A stretch of 64,000 bases of DNA. Origin: Bacteroidales bacterium (GTDB lineage: Bacteria > Bacteroidota > Bacteroidia > Bacteroidales > P3). Location of the stretch: positions 7,994 to 71,993 of the forward strand of contig WQWA01000005.1 of NCBI GenBank assembly GCA_009785505.1, given 5' to 3'. The notes below the pieces were generated by a model that saw only the letters and a list, made by a program, of their open reading frames with translations, made no database searches and was not told where the DNA came from. Below are positions 1 to 7,318 of this stretch, piece by piece. The position numbers and the translations under genes were made by a program. Positions within the stretch are counted from its first letter, which is position 1. Every line of letters begins with the position of its first letter.

Positions 1-398
1 CCATTGAAGAAAAACCGAAACAACCTAAGTCGAATTACGCTGTTCCCGGCTTGTATTTTTACGATAATTCCGTTGTAGAAATCGCCAAAAACCTTCAGCC
101 AAGTGCGAGAGGTGAATACGAAATTACCGATGTGAACAAAAAATACCTCGAAATGGGCAAACTCAAAGTGTGTACACTCAGTCGTGGAACGGCTTGGCTT
201 GATACCGGAACGTTTGAATCTCTTCTACAAGCAAGCCAGTTTGTTGAGGTTATCGAACAACGTCAAGGTTTGAAGGTTTGTTGTATCGAAGAAATCGCAT
301 GGCGACAAAAATTTATCACAAACGCACAACTTGAAGAACTCGCCAAACCTTTACTGAAAAGCGGCTACGGCGAATACCTAATGAAACTTTTGAAATAA
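1..398 (+). CDS. rfbA: glucose-1-phosphate thymidylyltransferase, C-terminal part (5' end outside window)
   Basis: Frame 3 is open from the window edge and reads [21 protein letters not shown]...GTAWLDTGT..., the typical RmlA/RfbA C-terminal half. Listed ORF 51..398 only begins at an internal TTG. Confidence 0.9.
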   Translation, partial: IEEKPKQPKSNYAVPGLYFYDNSVVEIAKNLQPSARGEYEITDVNKKYLEMGKLKVCTLSRGTAWLDTGTFESLLQASQFVEVIEQRQGLKVCCIEEIAWRQKFITNAQLEELAKPLLKSGYGEYLMKLLK

Positions 399-408
399 GT
401 GGATGTAT

Positions 409-427
409 CGTCATTGCGGGAATGACG
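409..427 (+). terminator. GC-rich hairpin CGTCATT-GCGGG-AATGACG just after the rfbA stop
   Basis: 7-bp perfect stem, 11 nt after the stop codon. No strong T-tract. Shares the GGGAATGAC core with the repeats at 4336..4414. Confidence 0.35.
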
Positions 428-451
428 GACAACTAAAAATAGAAACAAACA

Positions 452-1420
452 ATGAACACACATTTTTTAGAAAAAATTCAACACGTTATTGAAACTGAAA
501 TCATTTCAAAACAGCCAAATTTACTGTATGATCCGATTATTTACAGTTTATCGCAAGGTGGAAAGCGCGTTCGCCCGTTGCTTACATTGATGGGTTGCGA
601 GATGTTCGGTGGAGATGTCGAAAAGGCTTTGTATCCGGCAGTTGGCGTGGAAGTTTTTCACAATTTCACGTTGCTTCACGACGATATTATGGACAGAGCT
701 CCCGTTCGTCGCGGGCAGCCAACTGTTTACAAAAAATGGAATGAAACCACTGCCATTCTCTCCGGCGATGCGATGTTTGCATTGGCTTACGGCTTTATGA
801 TTCGAACTGATGCAATCCTTGTTCAGCGGGTCATTCAAACGTTTAACCGCATGGCAATCGGTGTTTGCGAAGGACAACAATACGACATTAATTTTGAAAC
901 ACAAGATCATGTAACCATTCCGGAATACATCGAAATGATACGCTTGAAAACGTCCGTACTTTTGGGCGGAGCACTGGAAATCGGCGGAATCATTGGCGGT
1001 GCAAATGATCAAGATTTAAAATGTTTGTGTACATTCGGTGAAAATATCGGACTTGCTTTTCAACTGCAAGACGATTGGCTTGATGTGTACAGCGATGTGA
1101 ACGTGTTTGGAAAGATTCACGGCGGAGATATTGCCGTAAACAAAAAAACGTTTTTGTACTTGAAAGCGCTGGAATTGGCGAACGCCGATCAATCTAAGCA
1201 ATTGAAACACTATTTTTCTTCGGTAGATTTCGATGCAAAAGAAAAATTTGATGCCGTTTTATCCATTTACAACGAACTCAACATTGGCGAACACACAAAG
1301 TCTGAAATGCAGAAGTACCAAGATATTGCAATGAATGCCTTGTCACAAATTTCGGTTTCCGAACAAGCCAAACAGCGACTCAAACAACTAGCCGAAAACT
1401 TATTGATACGGCAAAATTGA
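452..1420 (+). CDS. polyprenyl diphosphate synthase (trans-isoprenyl diphosphate synthase family)
   Basis: 322 aa with both Asp-rich motifs, LLHDDIMD and QLQDDWLD. Confidence 0.85.
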   Translation: MNTHFLEKIQHVIETEIISKQPNLLYDPIIYSLSQGGKRVRPLLTLMGCEMFGGDVEKALYPAVGVEVFHNFTLLHDDIMDRAPVRRGQPTVYKKWNETTAILSGDAMFALAYGFMIRTDAILVQRVIQTFNRMAIGVCEGQQYDINFETQDHVTIPEYIEMIRLKTSVLLGGALEIGGIIGGANDQDLKCLCTFGENIGLAFQLQDDWLDVYSDVNVFGKIHGGDIAVNKKTFLYLKALELANADQSKQLKHYFSSVDFDAKEKFDAVLSIYNELNIGEHTKSEMQKYQDIAMNALSQISVSEQAKQRLKQLAENLLIRQN

Positions 1421-1483
1421 TTTAATTCCCAACTAGCATGGACAACAACTCCACCAGCGAGACAACCTTATACAGTGAACGTT

Positions 1484-1954
1484 ATGGCAAAAAAAACATA
1501 CAATGAACAGCTTAATGACCCTGCTAAGAAGACCCAGTATTTTGACTTGACAAAAACAATGCCCCAGTATGTTGCAAAATGGGGTAAAACAGGAGTAGTA
1601 GCATCGCCACTTGAATACAATGCTGTAATGAAAATCGTTCCAAAGGGATTCATTGTAACTACCGATGCTATCAGAAAACACCTTGCTGACAAACACAAAG
1701 TTGATTGCGTTTGCCCTATGACCTGTGGAATATTTGTTAATCTATGTGCGAAAGCGGCAGTGGAGCGAAACGATAGCGATTTTCCATATTGGCGAACTGT
1801 CAGACCAAACGGCGAACTATGTGACAAATTTCCACACGGTACTGATGGTCACAAAATGCTCCTTGAAGCGGAAGGTCACAAGGTTATTCAAAAAGGCAAA
1901 AAATTCTTTGTTGAAAATTATGAACAAAGTTTATTCGAAATTGTAGGCGTTTAG
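1484..1954 (+). CDS. MGMT-fold DNA-binding domain protein, alkyltransferase-like (no acceptor Cys seen)
   Basis: IVPKGFIVTTDAIRKHL...FPYWRTVRPNGEL...MLLEAEGHKV resembles the MGMT C-terminal DNA-binding domain. PYWR occupies the place of PCHR. The first ATG is at 1484; the listed ORF starts at a GTG at 1475. Confidence 0.55.
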   Translation: MAKKTYNEQLNDPAKKTQYFDLTKTMPQYVAKWGKTGVVASPLEYNAVMKIVPKGFIVTTDAIRKHLADKHKVDCVCPMTCGIFVNLCAKAAVERNDSDFPYWRTVRPNGELCDKFPHGTDGHKMLLEAEGHKVIQKGKKFFVENYEQSLFEIVGV

Positions 1955-1960
1955 GCACCT

Positions 1961-3103
1961 CTACCTATTCCCAAAAGCAAACAGATTTCCTCTAAACGTC
2001 AGGACATAAAAATGCCCATTTATCACGGCAGGCGAAGCAAAAATTTGTTCTCCAATATCGTACTCCCATATAAGTCTTCCCGTTTGAACGTCGAGTATGG
2101 TAACAATCCCGTCACGAGTATAAACCAGTAATCTGTCATTGGCAACAACGGGCGAACTTTCACCCGTATCACCTTTCAAAAGATACGACCAAACAATTGA
2201 ACCATCGTTTCGATTAATTGCATAAACATGTCTATCGTCGGAAACGATGAAAACCTTATTATCCGTAACCGCGGGAACAGAGGTGTGTCGGCGATTGCCG
2301 TCTCTTGGTTCGAAAATTTTTCGATGAGAGGCAATTCGTCCTCTGTCTAGTCGAAGTTCAAAAACATTTCCGGAATGATCGGCGATATACACGAAATTTC
2401 CAATCATAGCAGGCGAAGCCGGAATGTACATATCCACATCCAAAGAATCGGTTTGTCTTCCGGAAGAAGCGTCAATCACTCTAATCCAACCGTCGCAACC
2501 GCCATAAACAAGGATATTGTTGCTTTGTGCCACCGCACCATTGATATGAAAACCTGATTCAAAACGTGTGATCTCCTCGCCTGTTTTGCTGTTGATAACG
2601 TAAAGATAGTTATCAAAACTTCCGATAATAATTGCATCTTGTCCATCGAAAATCATTCGATTGGGTGATGCCATAATTTGCCCGTCTGCTTCAAAAGTCC
2701 ACAATACATCTTGTTTTTCTAAGCATATTGCATACAAAAAGCCATCAATTCGTCCGATATACAACACGCCGTTATGTATCATCGAAGTTGCATCTGTAGC
2801 GGTGTTCATGTTGAAATCAAAAACTTGTTCGCCATTGATATTTACACCAAAAACTCGTCCGCGCCTATCGCTCCAATAGGCAACTTGGTTGTACACAATT
2901 GGCGAAGATCTCGTGTTTGAGCCACTTTGAAACGTCCACAACAAAACGGGATTATCAGGCAACGACACATTTGTTTGCCCGGTAAGAGCCGGATTTCCTC
3001 GGAAAATAGACCAATTTACAGAATTATCTTCGTTGTTGATAGCTTGATTTCTACAAGATGTCAAGAGAAAAAGTAAGATGCTGAACGTTATTAAAATTCT
3101 CAT
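1961..3103 (-). CDS. PQQ-like (BamB-like) beta-propeller repeat lipoprotein
   Basis: Signal peptide with lipobox LLTSC. Repeated blade-like segments throughout (..G.VYAI....G..LW..). Confidence 0.7.
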   Translation of the reverse strand: MRILITFSILLFLLTSCRNQAINNEDNSVNWSIFRGNPALTGQTNVSLPDNPVLLWTFQSGSNTRSSPIVYNQVAYWSDRRGRVFGVNINGEQVFDFNMNTATDATSMIHNGVLYIGRIDGFLYAICLEKQDVLWTFEADGQIMASPNRMIFDGQDAIIIGSFDNYLYVINSKTGEEITRFESGFHINGAVAQSNNILVYGGCDGWIRVIDASSGRQTDSLDVDMYIPASPAMIGNFVYIADHSGNVFELRLDRGRIASHRKIFEPRDGNRRHTSVPAVTDNKVFIVSDDRHVYAINRNDGSIVWSYLLKGDTGESSPVVANDRLLVYTRDGIVTILDVQTGRLIWEYDIGEQIFASPAVINGHFYVLTFRGNLFAFGNR

Positions 3104-3119
3104 TGTTGGACTTTTTTTA

Positions 3120-3153
3120 TTGCAAAGATACGAAAAAAATTGTATCTTTGCGG
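3120..3153. promoter_or_regulatory. palindromic bidirectional promoter module
   Basis: TTGCAAAGATACGAAAAAAATTGTATCTTTGCGG lies between divergent genes starting at 3103(-) and 3169(+). Each arm contains TATCTTTG (TAnnTTTG). Confidence 0.6.
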
Positions 3154-3168
3154 AACTAAGTTAAACCT

Positions 3169-4329
3169 ATGGATATACAAACCTATTTAGAACCGACTTT
3201 ATTTGCTATCGACGATGAGTTGCAAACGCTGATGGTGCAAGGCATTCGTGTGTATTCCGAAGCAGATAATTTTCCGGATTTGGACGATACGGATATCGCA
3301 ATTATCGGTGTGCCCGAATCTCGAAATGCTTGGAACAACACCAAATGCAATGATGCGCCCGACATTATTCGCGAACATTTTTACTCTTTGCATCAAGGCG
3401 AATTCAAACACAAAATCGCCGATCTTGGAAACCTTAAACTTGGACAAACTCCTCAAGATACATACGCTGCATTGGCTGATATTGTTGGGCGTTTGATGGA
3501 TGCGAATATCTTGCCGATTGTTCTCGGAGGTAGCCAAGATTTGACGATTGCAAGTTACAATGCATTTGCAAATCGCAAGCAAATCATCAATCTTTTTGCA
3601 TTAGACAATCGTTTTGATTTGGGCGATCCGGAGCATGAAATTTCATCACGTTCGTATCTCAGCAAAATTATCGTGAGTCAGCCGAATTATTTGTTTACAT
3701 ACTCCAATGCGGGTTTTCAAACTTATTTGGTGGATAAGCATGCGGTTCAGTTAATGAAAAATTTGAATTTTGATGTGTATCGACTCGGAACTCTTCGTCA
3801 TGATATTCAAGAAATTGAACCTGCTGTTCGCAATGCAGATATAATGAGTGTGGATATTTCTGCTATTCGAAAAAGCGATGCGCCGGGCAATCCGAATGCC
3901 GTTGTTGTCGGACTTTTCGGCGAAGAAGCATCGCAAATTATGCGTTATGCCGGCATGAGTGAAAAAATGCGAGCTATCGGCTTTTACGAGTACAATCCGA
4001 GCCTGGATATTGACGGACAAACCGCACAACTAATAGGTATTATGATGTGGTGTTTTGTGGAAGGATTCTATCAACGTAAACACGAATATCCCTACAAAGA
4101 CAAGGAAAAACTGACAAAATTCATCGTCTACGTTGAAGAACACGACCAAGAAATTGTGTTTTACAAAAGCAAAACCACAAATCGCTGGTGGATGGAAATC
4201 CCCGGACATGAGGATAAAACCAAATTTCAAATGCACTACATGCTGCCTTGCAGTTATGCGGACTACGAGCAAGCCATGCGTAACGAACTACCCGACCGGT
4301 GGGTTGCAGCATTAGCGAGGTTTGTGTAA
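3169..4329 (+). CDS. arginase/formiminoglutamase-fold protein with degenerate metal-ligand motifs and a C-terminal extension
   Basis: Ureohydrolase-like blocks LGGSQDL, FALDNRFDLGD and SVDISAIRKSDAPG stand in place of GGDHS, DAHxD and SxDxDxxDPxxAPG. Confidence 0.65.
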   Translation: MDIQTYLEPTLFAIDDELQTLMVQGIRVYSEADNFPDLDDTDIAIIGVPESRNAWNNTKCNDAPDIIREHFYSLHQGEFKHKIADLGNLKLGQTPQDTYAALADIVGRLMDANILPIVLGGSQDLTIASYNAFANRKQIINLFALDNRFDLGDPEHEISSRSYLSKIIVSQPNYLFTYSNAGFQTYLVDKHAVQLMKNLNFDVYRLGTLRHDIQEIEPAVRNADIMSVDISAIRKSDAPGNPNAVVVGLFGEEASQIMRYAGMSEKMRAIGFYEYNPSLDIDGQTAQLIGIMMWCFVEGFYQRKHEYPYKDKEKLTKFIVYVEEHDQEIVFYKSKTTNRWWMEIPGHEDKTKFQMHYMLPCSYADYEQAMRNELPDRWVAALARFV

Positions 4330-4335
4330 AGGGCA

Positions 4336-4414
4336 TCATTCCCGCGAAGGCGGGAATCTCCCTAAACAAAGGGAACGGTAAATAACAAGCAGATTCCCGC
4401 CTTCGCGGGAATGA
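4336..4414. repeat. compound palindromic element: perfect 23-nt inverted repeat with 33-nt spacer
   Basis: TCATTCCCGCGAAGGCGGGAATC (4336..4358) is the exact reverse complement of 4392..4414. Each arm is itself a hairpin. The spacer contains a TCCCT...AGGGA mini-hairpin. Confidence 0.8.
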
Positions 4415-4433
4415 CAATCAAAAAACAAAGAAC

Positions 4434-5492
4434 ATGAAAAAAACCTTATTCATTACAGGCGGAGCAGGATTTATCGGCTCGCACGTTGTTAGATTATTTG
4501 TAACAAAATATCCCGATTACCAAATCGTGAATGTCGATAAACTCACATATGCAGGAAATTTGGCGAACTTGGAAGATGTAAAAGACCTTCCTAATTATAC
4601 ATTTGAAAAAGTAGATATTGTTGACGAAGATAAAGTTCAGGCATTATTCGAAAAATATCAACCTTTCGGCGTGATTCATTTGGCTGCCGAATCGCACGTG
4701 GATCGCTCGATTGCGAACCCTATGGAATTTATCATGACCAACATCGTTGGAACTGTAAACCTGTTGAATACCGCTCGCCATACATGGAAAGATAATTTTG
4801 ACGGCAAACGCTTTTACCATGTGAGTACGGATGAAGTTTATGGTTCGCTGGAAAACGACGGCTCAATGTTTACGGAAGAAACACCGTATGACCCTCGCAG
4901 TCCGTATTCCGCGTCCAAAGCGAGTTCCGACCATTTGGTCAGAGCATATTTTCATACTTATAAATTGCCGATTGTGCTTTCAAATTGCTCAAACAACTAT
5001 GGACCAAACCATTTTCCGGAAAAATTATTGCCGTTAGCAATCAACAATATCAAAAATATGAAACCAATTCCGATTTACGGAAAGGGTGAAAACGTTCGCG
5101 ATTGGCTCTATGTGCTGGATCACGCACGTGCAATTGACATGATTTTTCACAACGGAAGAATAGGAGAAACCTACAATATCGGCGGTCTCAACGAGTGGAC
5201 AAATATCGACTTAATTCACAAACTTTGTGAAATTATGGATAGCAAACTCAATCGCGAACCCGGAACTTCCGCAAAGCTAATTACATTCGTGCAAGACCGC
5301 GCCGGACACGATTTGCGCTACGCTATCGACTCTTCAAAATTGGTCAACGAATTAGGCTGGAAACCCTCACTACAATTCGAAGAAGGTATGGAAAAAACCG
5401 TAGATTGGTACTTGGAAAACGAAGAGTGGTTGAATAGTGTAACTTCGGGAGACTACCAAAAATATTACGAAACCATGTACTCGGGACGTTAA
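4434..5492 (+). CDS. rfbB: dTDP-glucose 4,6-dehydratase
   Basis: TGGAGFIGSH Rossmann motif, YSASKASSDHLV catalytic YxxxK, and full-length similarity to RmlB. Confidence 0.95.
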   Translation: MKKTLFITGGAGFIGSHVVRLFVTKYPDYQIVNVDKLTYAGNLANLEDVKDLPNYTFEKVDIVDEDKVQALFEKYQPFGVIHLAAESHVDRSIANPMEFIMTNIVGTVNLLNTARHTWKDNFDGKRFYHVSTDEVYGSLENDGSMFTEETPYDPRSPYSASKASSDHLVRAYFHTYKLPIVLSNCSNNYGPNHFPEKLLPLAINNIKNMKPIPIYGKGENVRDWLYVLDHARAIDMIFHNGRIGETYNIGGLNEWTNIDLIHKLCEIMDSKLNREPGTSAKLITFVQDRAGHDLRYAIDSSKLVNELGWKPSLQFEEGMEKTVDWYLENEEWLNSVTSGDYQKYYETMYSGR

Positions 5493-5500
5493 GACAGCGT

Positions 5501-5552
5501 TTCGACTTCGCTCAACGCCAGACAGTTTACACGATAGCCGAGCGCAGTCGAA
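5501..5552. terminator. inverted repeat between convergent genes (TTCGACTTCGCTC ... GAGCGCAGTCGAA)
   Basis: 13-bp arms with one mismatch. It lies between the rfbB stop (5492) and the stop of the minus-strand gene at 5554. Confidence 0.4.
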
Positions 5553-5553
5553 G

Positions 5554-6402
5554 CTATCGCCGTCGTCCAAAATGGTAAGCGATATAAAAATTAAGGAAGA
5601 AGAAATTTCTGTCGGGAACAAAAGTTCTCCAATCGTCCGGAATTGGGTCTGGGACTGGGTTTGGGTTCTGAATAGCCATCATTGGAACAGGAATTGGAAA
5701 AACATCAACCATCACACCGACTTCGAGAGCACTGACACGTTCCTGATACCTGCCAAAGTCAAAATTAAAGGCGAATCTTGCATAAATTCCAGGGTACGGG
5801 CGAAGATTGAACAAACCTCTAAACATTGGTCCCATTCCGTTTATTAACCCAGGACCAGCACCCATGTGGGCGTCATTATCCGGGTCAAACCGCTGAAATC
5901 TAACTTCCCACGGATTTTCGCCAAAAGGTGGAACCGGATCTCTGAGGTAAAGAATGCCCAAGTACTGCGGAATAGCCAAACCCAAAACACCGCCTATCGA
6001 AATGGTGTAATCCACCTGAATCCCGCCCCAATAAGGCTTTTCACTAAGTGTGCGCTGCGTTCCAAAACCATATCTTAACGCATAGAGTTGATTTATTCCT
6101 CCAAAAATAAATCTACGGGGAGAGCCTACAAAACTGAATCCCGACCTTCTCTCGGCTTTCGGATGCCGAAGTTGCAAAAACTCAACCTCTTGAAAAGTGT
6201 ATCTCTCAATAGATCGAATATTTCCCCAACGAAAACCAAGCCCGAAGCCACCGCTGTGGACATGTCCGAAAAACGAATGCTGTCTGGAGATATGTAATTC
6301 CGGATCGGGAATCAAGTCTTCCATTACTTCAACCTGCGAGAGTGCAGATTCTGCAGACAAAAGCAAAAATGCCAAACAAACGTATCGAATTATTTTTTGC
6401 AT
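5554..6402 (-). CDS. hypothetical secreted / outer-membrane protein
   Basis: Signal peptide MQKIIRYVCLAFLLLSAESALS|Q. Gly/aromatic-rich alternating segments. No family recognised. Confidence 0.6.
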   Translation of the reverse strand: MQKIIRYVCLAFLLLSAESALSQVEVMEDLIPDPELHISRQHSFFGHVHSGGFGLGFRWGNIRSIERYTFQEVEFLQLRHPKAERRSGFSFVGSPRRFIFGGINQLYALRYGFGTQRTLSEKPYWGGIQVDYTISIGGVLGLAIPQYLGILYLRDPVPPFGENPWEVRFQRFDPDNDAHMGAGPGLINGMGPMFRGLFNLRPYPGIYARFAFNFDFGRYQERVSALEVGVMVDVFPIPVPMMAIQNPNPVPDPIPDDWRTFVPDRNFFFLNFYIAYHFGRRR

Positions 6403-6533
6403 TAGAAAGGTAAGCGCTCGAAATTATTGGTTCGCGTAGCATGGGCAGCGCAAACGGGCTTTCTTGATGAAGCACAAGATGCTAGAAGACCGATAACCAA
6501 AAGAAACAGTGCAATTTGACAAAATCTTTTCAT
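6402..6533 (-). CDS. small (43 aa) predicted lipoprotein, not in the ORF track
   Basis: My translation is MKRFCQIALFLLVIGLLASCASSRKPVCAAHATRTNNFERLPF*, with lipobox LLAS|C. Its stop overlaps the downstream start as TAATG. A TAACTTTG -7 box lies upstream on the minus strand. Confidence 0.45.
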   Translation of the reverse strand: MKRFCQIALFLLVIGLLASCASSRKPVCAAHATRTNNFERLPF

Positions 6534-6550
6534 GATTGCTCAAAAATATT

Positions 6551-6586
6551 TTCACAAAGTTACAAAAAAAATTGTAATTTTGCAAA
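6551..6586. promoter_or_regulatory. palindromic bidirectional promoter module
   Basis: TTCACAAAGTTACAAAAAAAATTGTAATTTTGCAAA lies between the small ORF (6533, -) and ung (6598, +). The -7 boxes are TAACTTTG (minus) and TAATTTTG (plus). Confidence 0.55.
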
Positions 6587-6597
6587 AAAATCTTACT

Positions 6598-7266
6598 ATG
6601 GCTGTCAATATCGAACCCGCTTGGCTATCTGTCTTAGCTCCTGAATTTGAGCAAAATTACATGAGTTCTTTGCGATCTTTTTTGCAAAACGAACAACGGC
6701 AACATATCACTTATCCGCCGAACAAGCTAATTTTCAATGCATTTAATTTGACGCCTTTTCAAGATGTCAAGGTTGTGATTCTGGGACAAGACCCGTATCA
6801 CGGCATTGGTCAAGCACATGGTTTGTGTTTCTCCGTGCCGGATGGAGTCGCTTTTCCGCCGTCGTTGCGGAATATCTTTCAAGAAATTTCAAGCGATTTG
6901 AATATTCCTGTTCCAACGTCCGGAAATTTGGAACGTTGGGCAAAGCAAGGTGTTTTCTTATTAAATACAACCTTGACCGTTCGTGCCCACACCCCTCTAT
7001 CTCACCAAAATCAGGGATGGGAGCAATTTACGGATGTTGTAATTCGAAAACTTTCGAACGAACGTGAACATTTAGTGTTCATGCTTTGGGGCAGTCATGC
7101 ACAATCGAAAGAAAAGCTAATTGACACTTCGAAGCATCTGATTTTAAAGACCGTTCATCCGTCTCCTCTTTCGGCTCATCGCGGCTTTTTCGGAAGCAGA
7201 CATTTTTCGGGATGTAACGAATACCTGCAAAAAAACGGAATTACACCAATAAACTGGGACAAATAA
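6598..7266 (+). CDS. ung: uracil-DNA glycosylase
   Basis: VVILGQDPYH and HPSPLS motifs. Start moved to the ATG at 6598 because the listed N-terminal extension runs through the promoter. Confidence 0.93.
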   Translation: MAVNIEPAWLSVLAPEFEQNYMSSLRSFLQNEQRQHITYPPNKLIFNAFNLTPFQDVKVVILGQDPYHGIGQAHGLCFSVPDGVAFPPSLRNIFQEISSDLNIPVPTSGNLERWAKQGVFLLNTTLTVRAHTPLSHQNQGWEQFTDVVIRKLSNEREHLVFMLWGSHAQSKEKLIDTSKHLILKTVHPSPLSAHRGFFGSRHFSGCNEYLQKNGITPINWDK

Positions 7267-7282
7267 TTTTTCATTCTCAACT

Positions 7283-7301
7283 ATTTTTTGTATCTTTGTG
7301 G
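7283..7301 (+). promoter_or_regulatory. Bacteroidota-type promoter (-7 box TATCTTTG)
   Basis: ATTTTTTGTATCTTTGTGG lies 18 nt upstream of the ATG at 7319. Confidence 0.55.
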
Positions 7302-7318
7302 ATTGATAAAATGATGAT

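Noticed and set aside
4336-4414. Possible CRISPR-like repeat
   Set aside because: There are only two copies, they are inverted rather than direct, each is self-complementary, and no cas genes occur anywhere in the window.
4121-4417. 98-aa minus-strand ORF (MSFPRRRESA...), and the 60-aa ORF at 58555..58737
   Set aside because: Both are generated by the GC-rich palindromic repeat elements and overlap real genes or terminators. They are not credible proteins.
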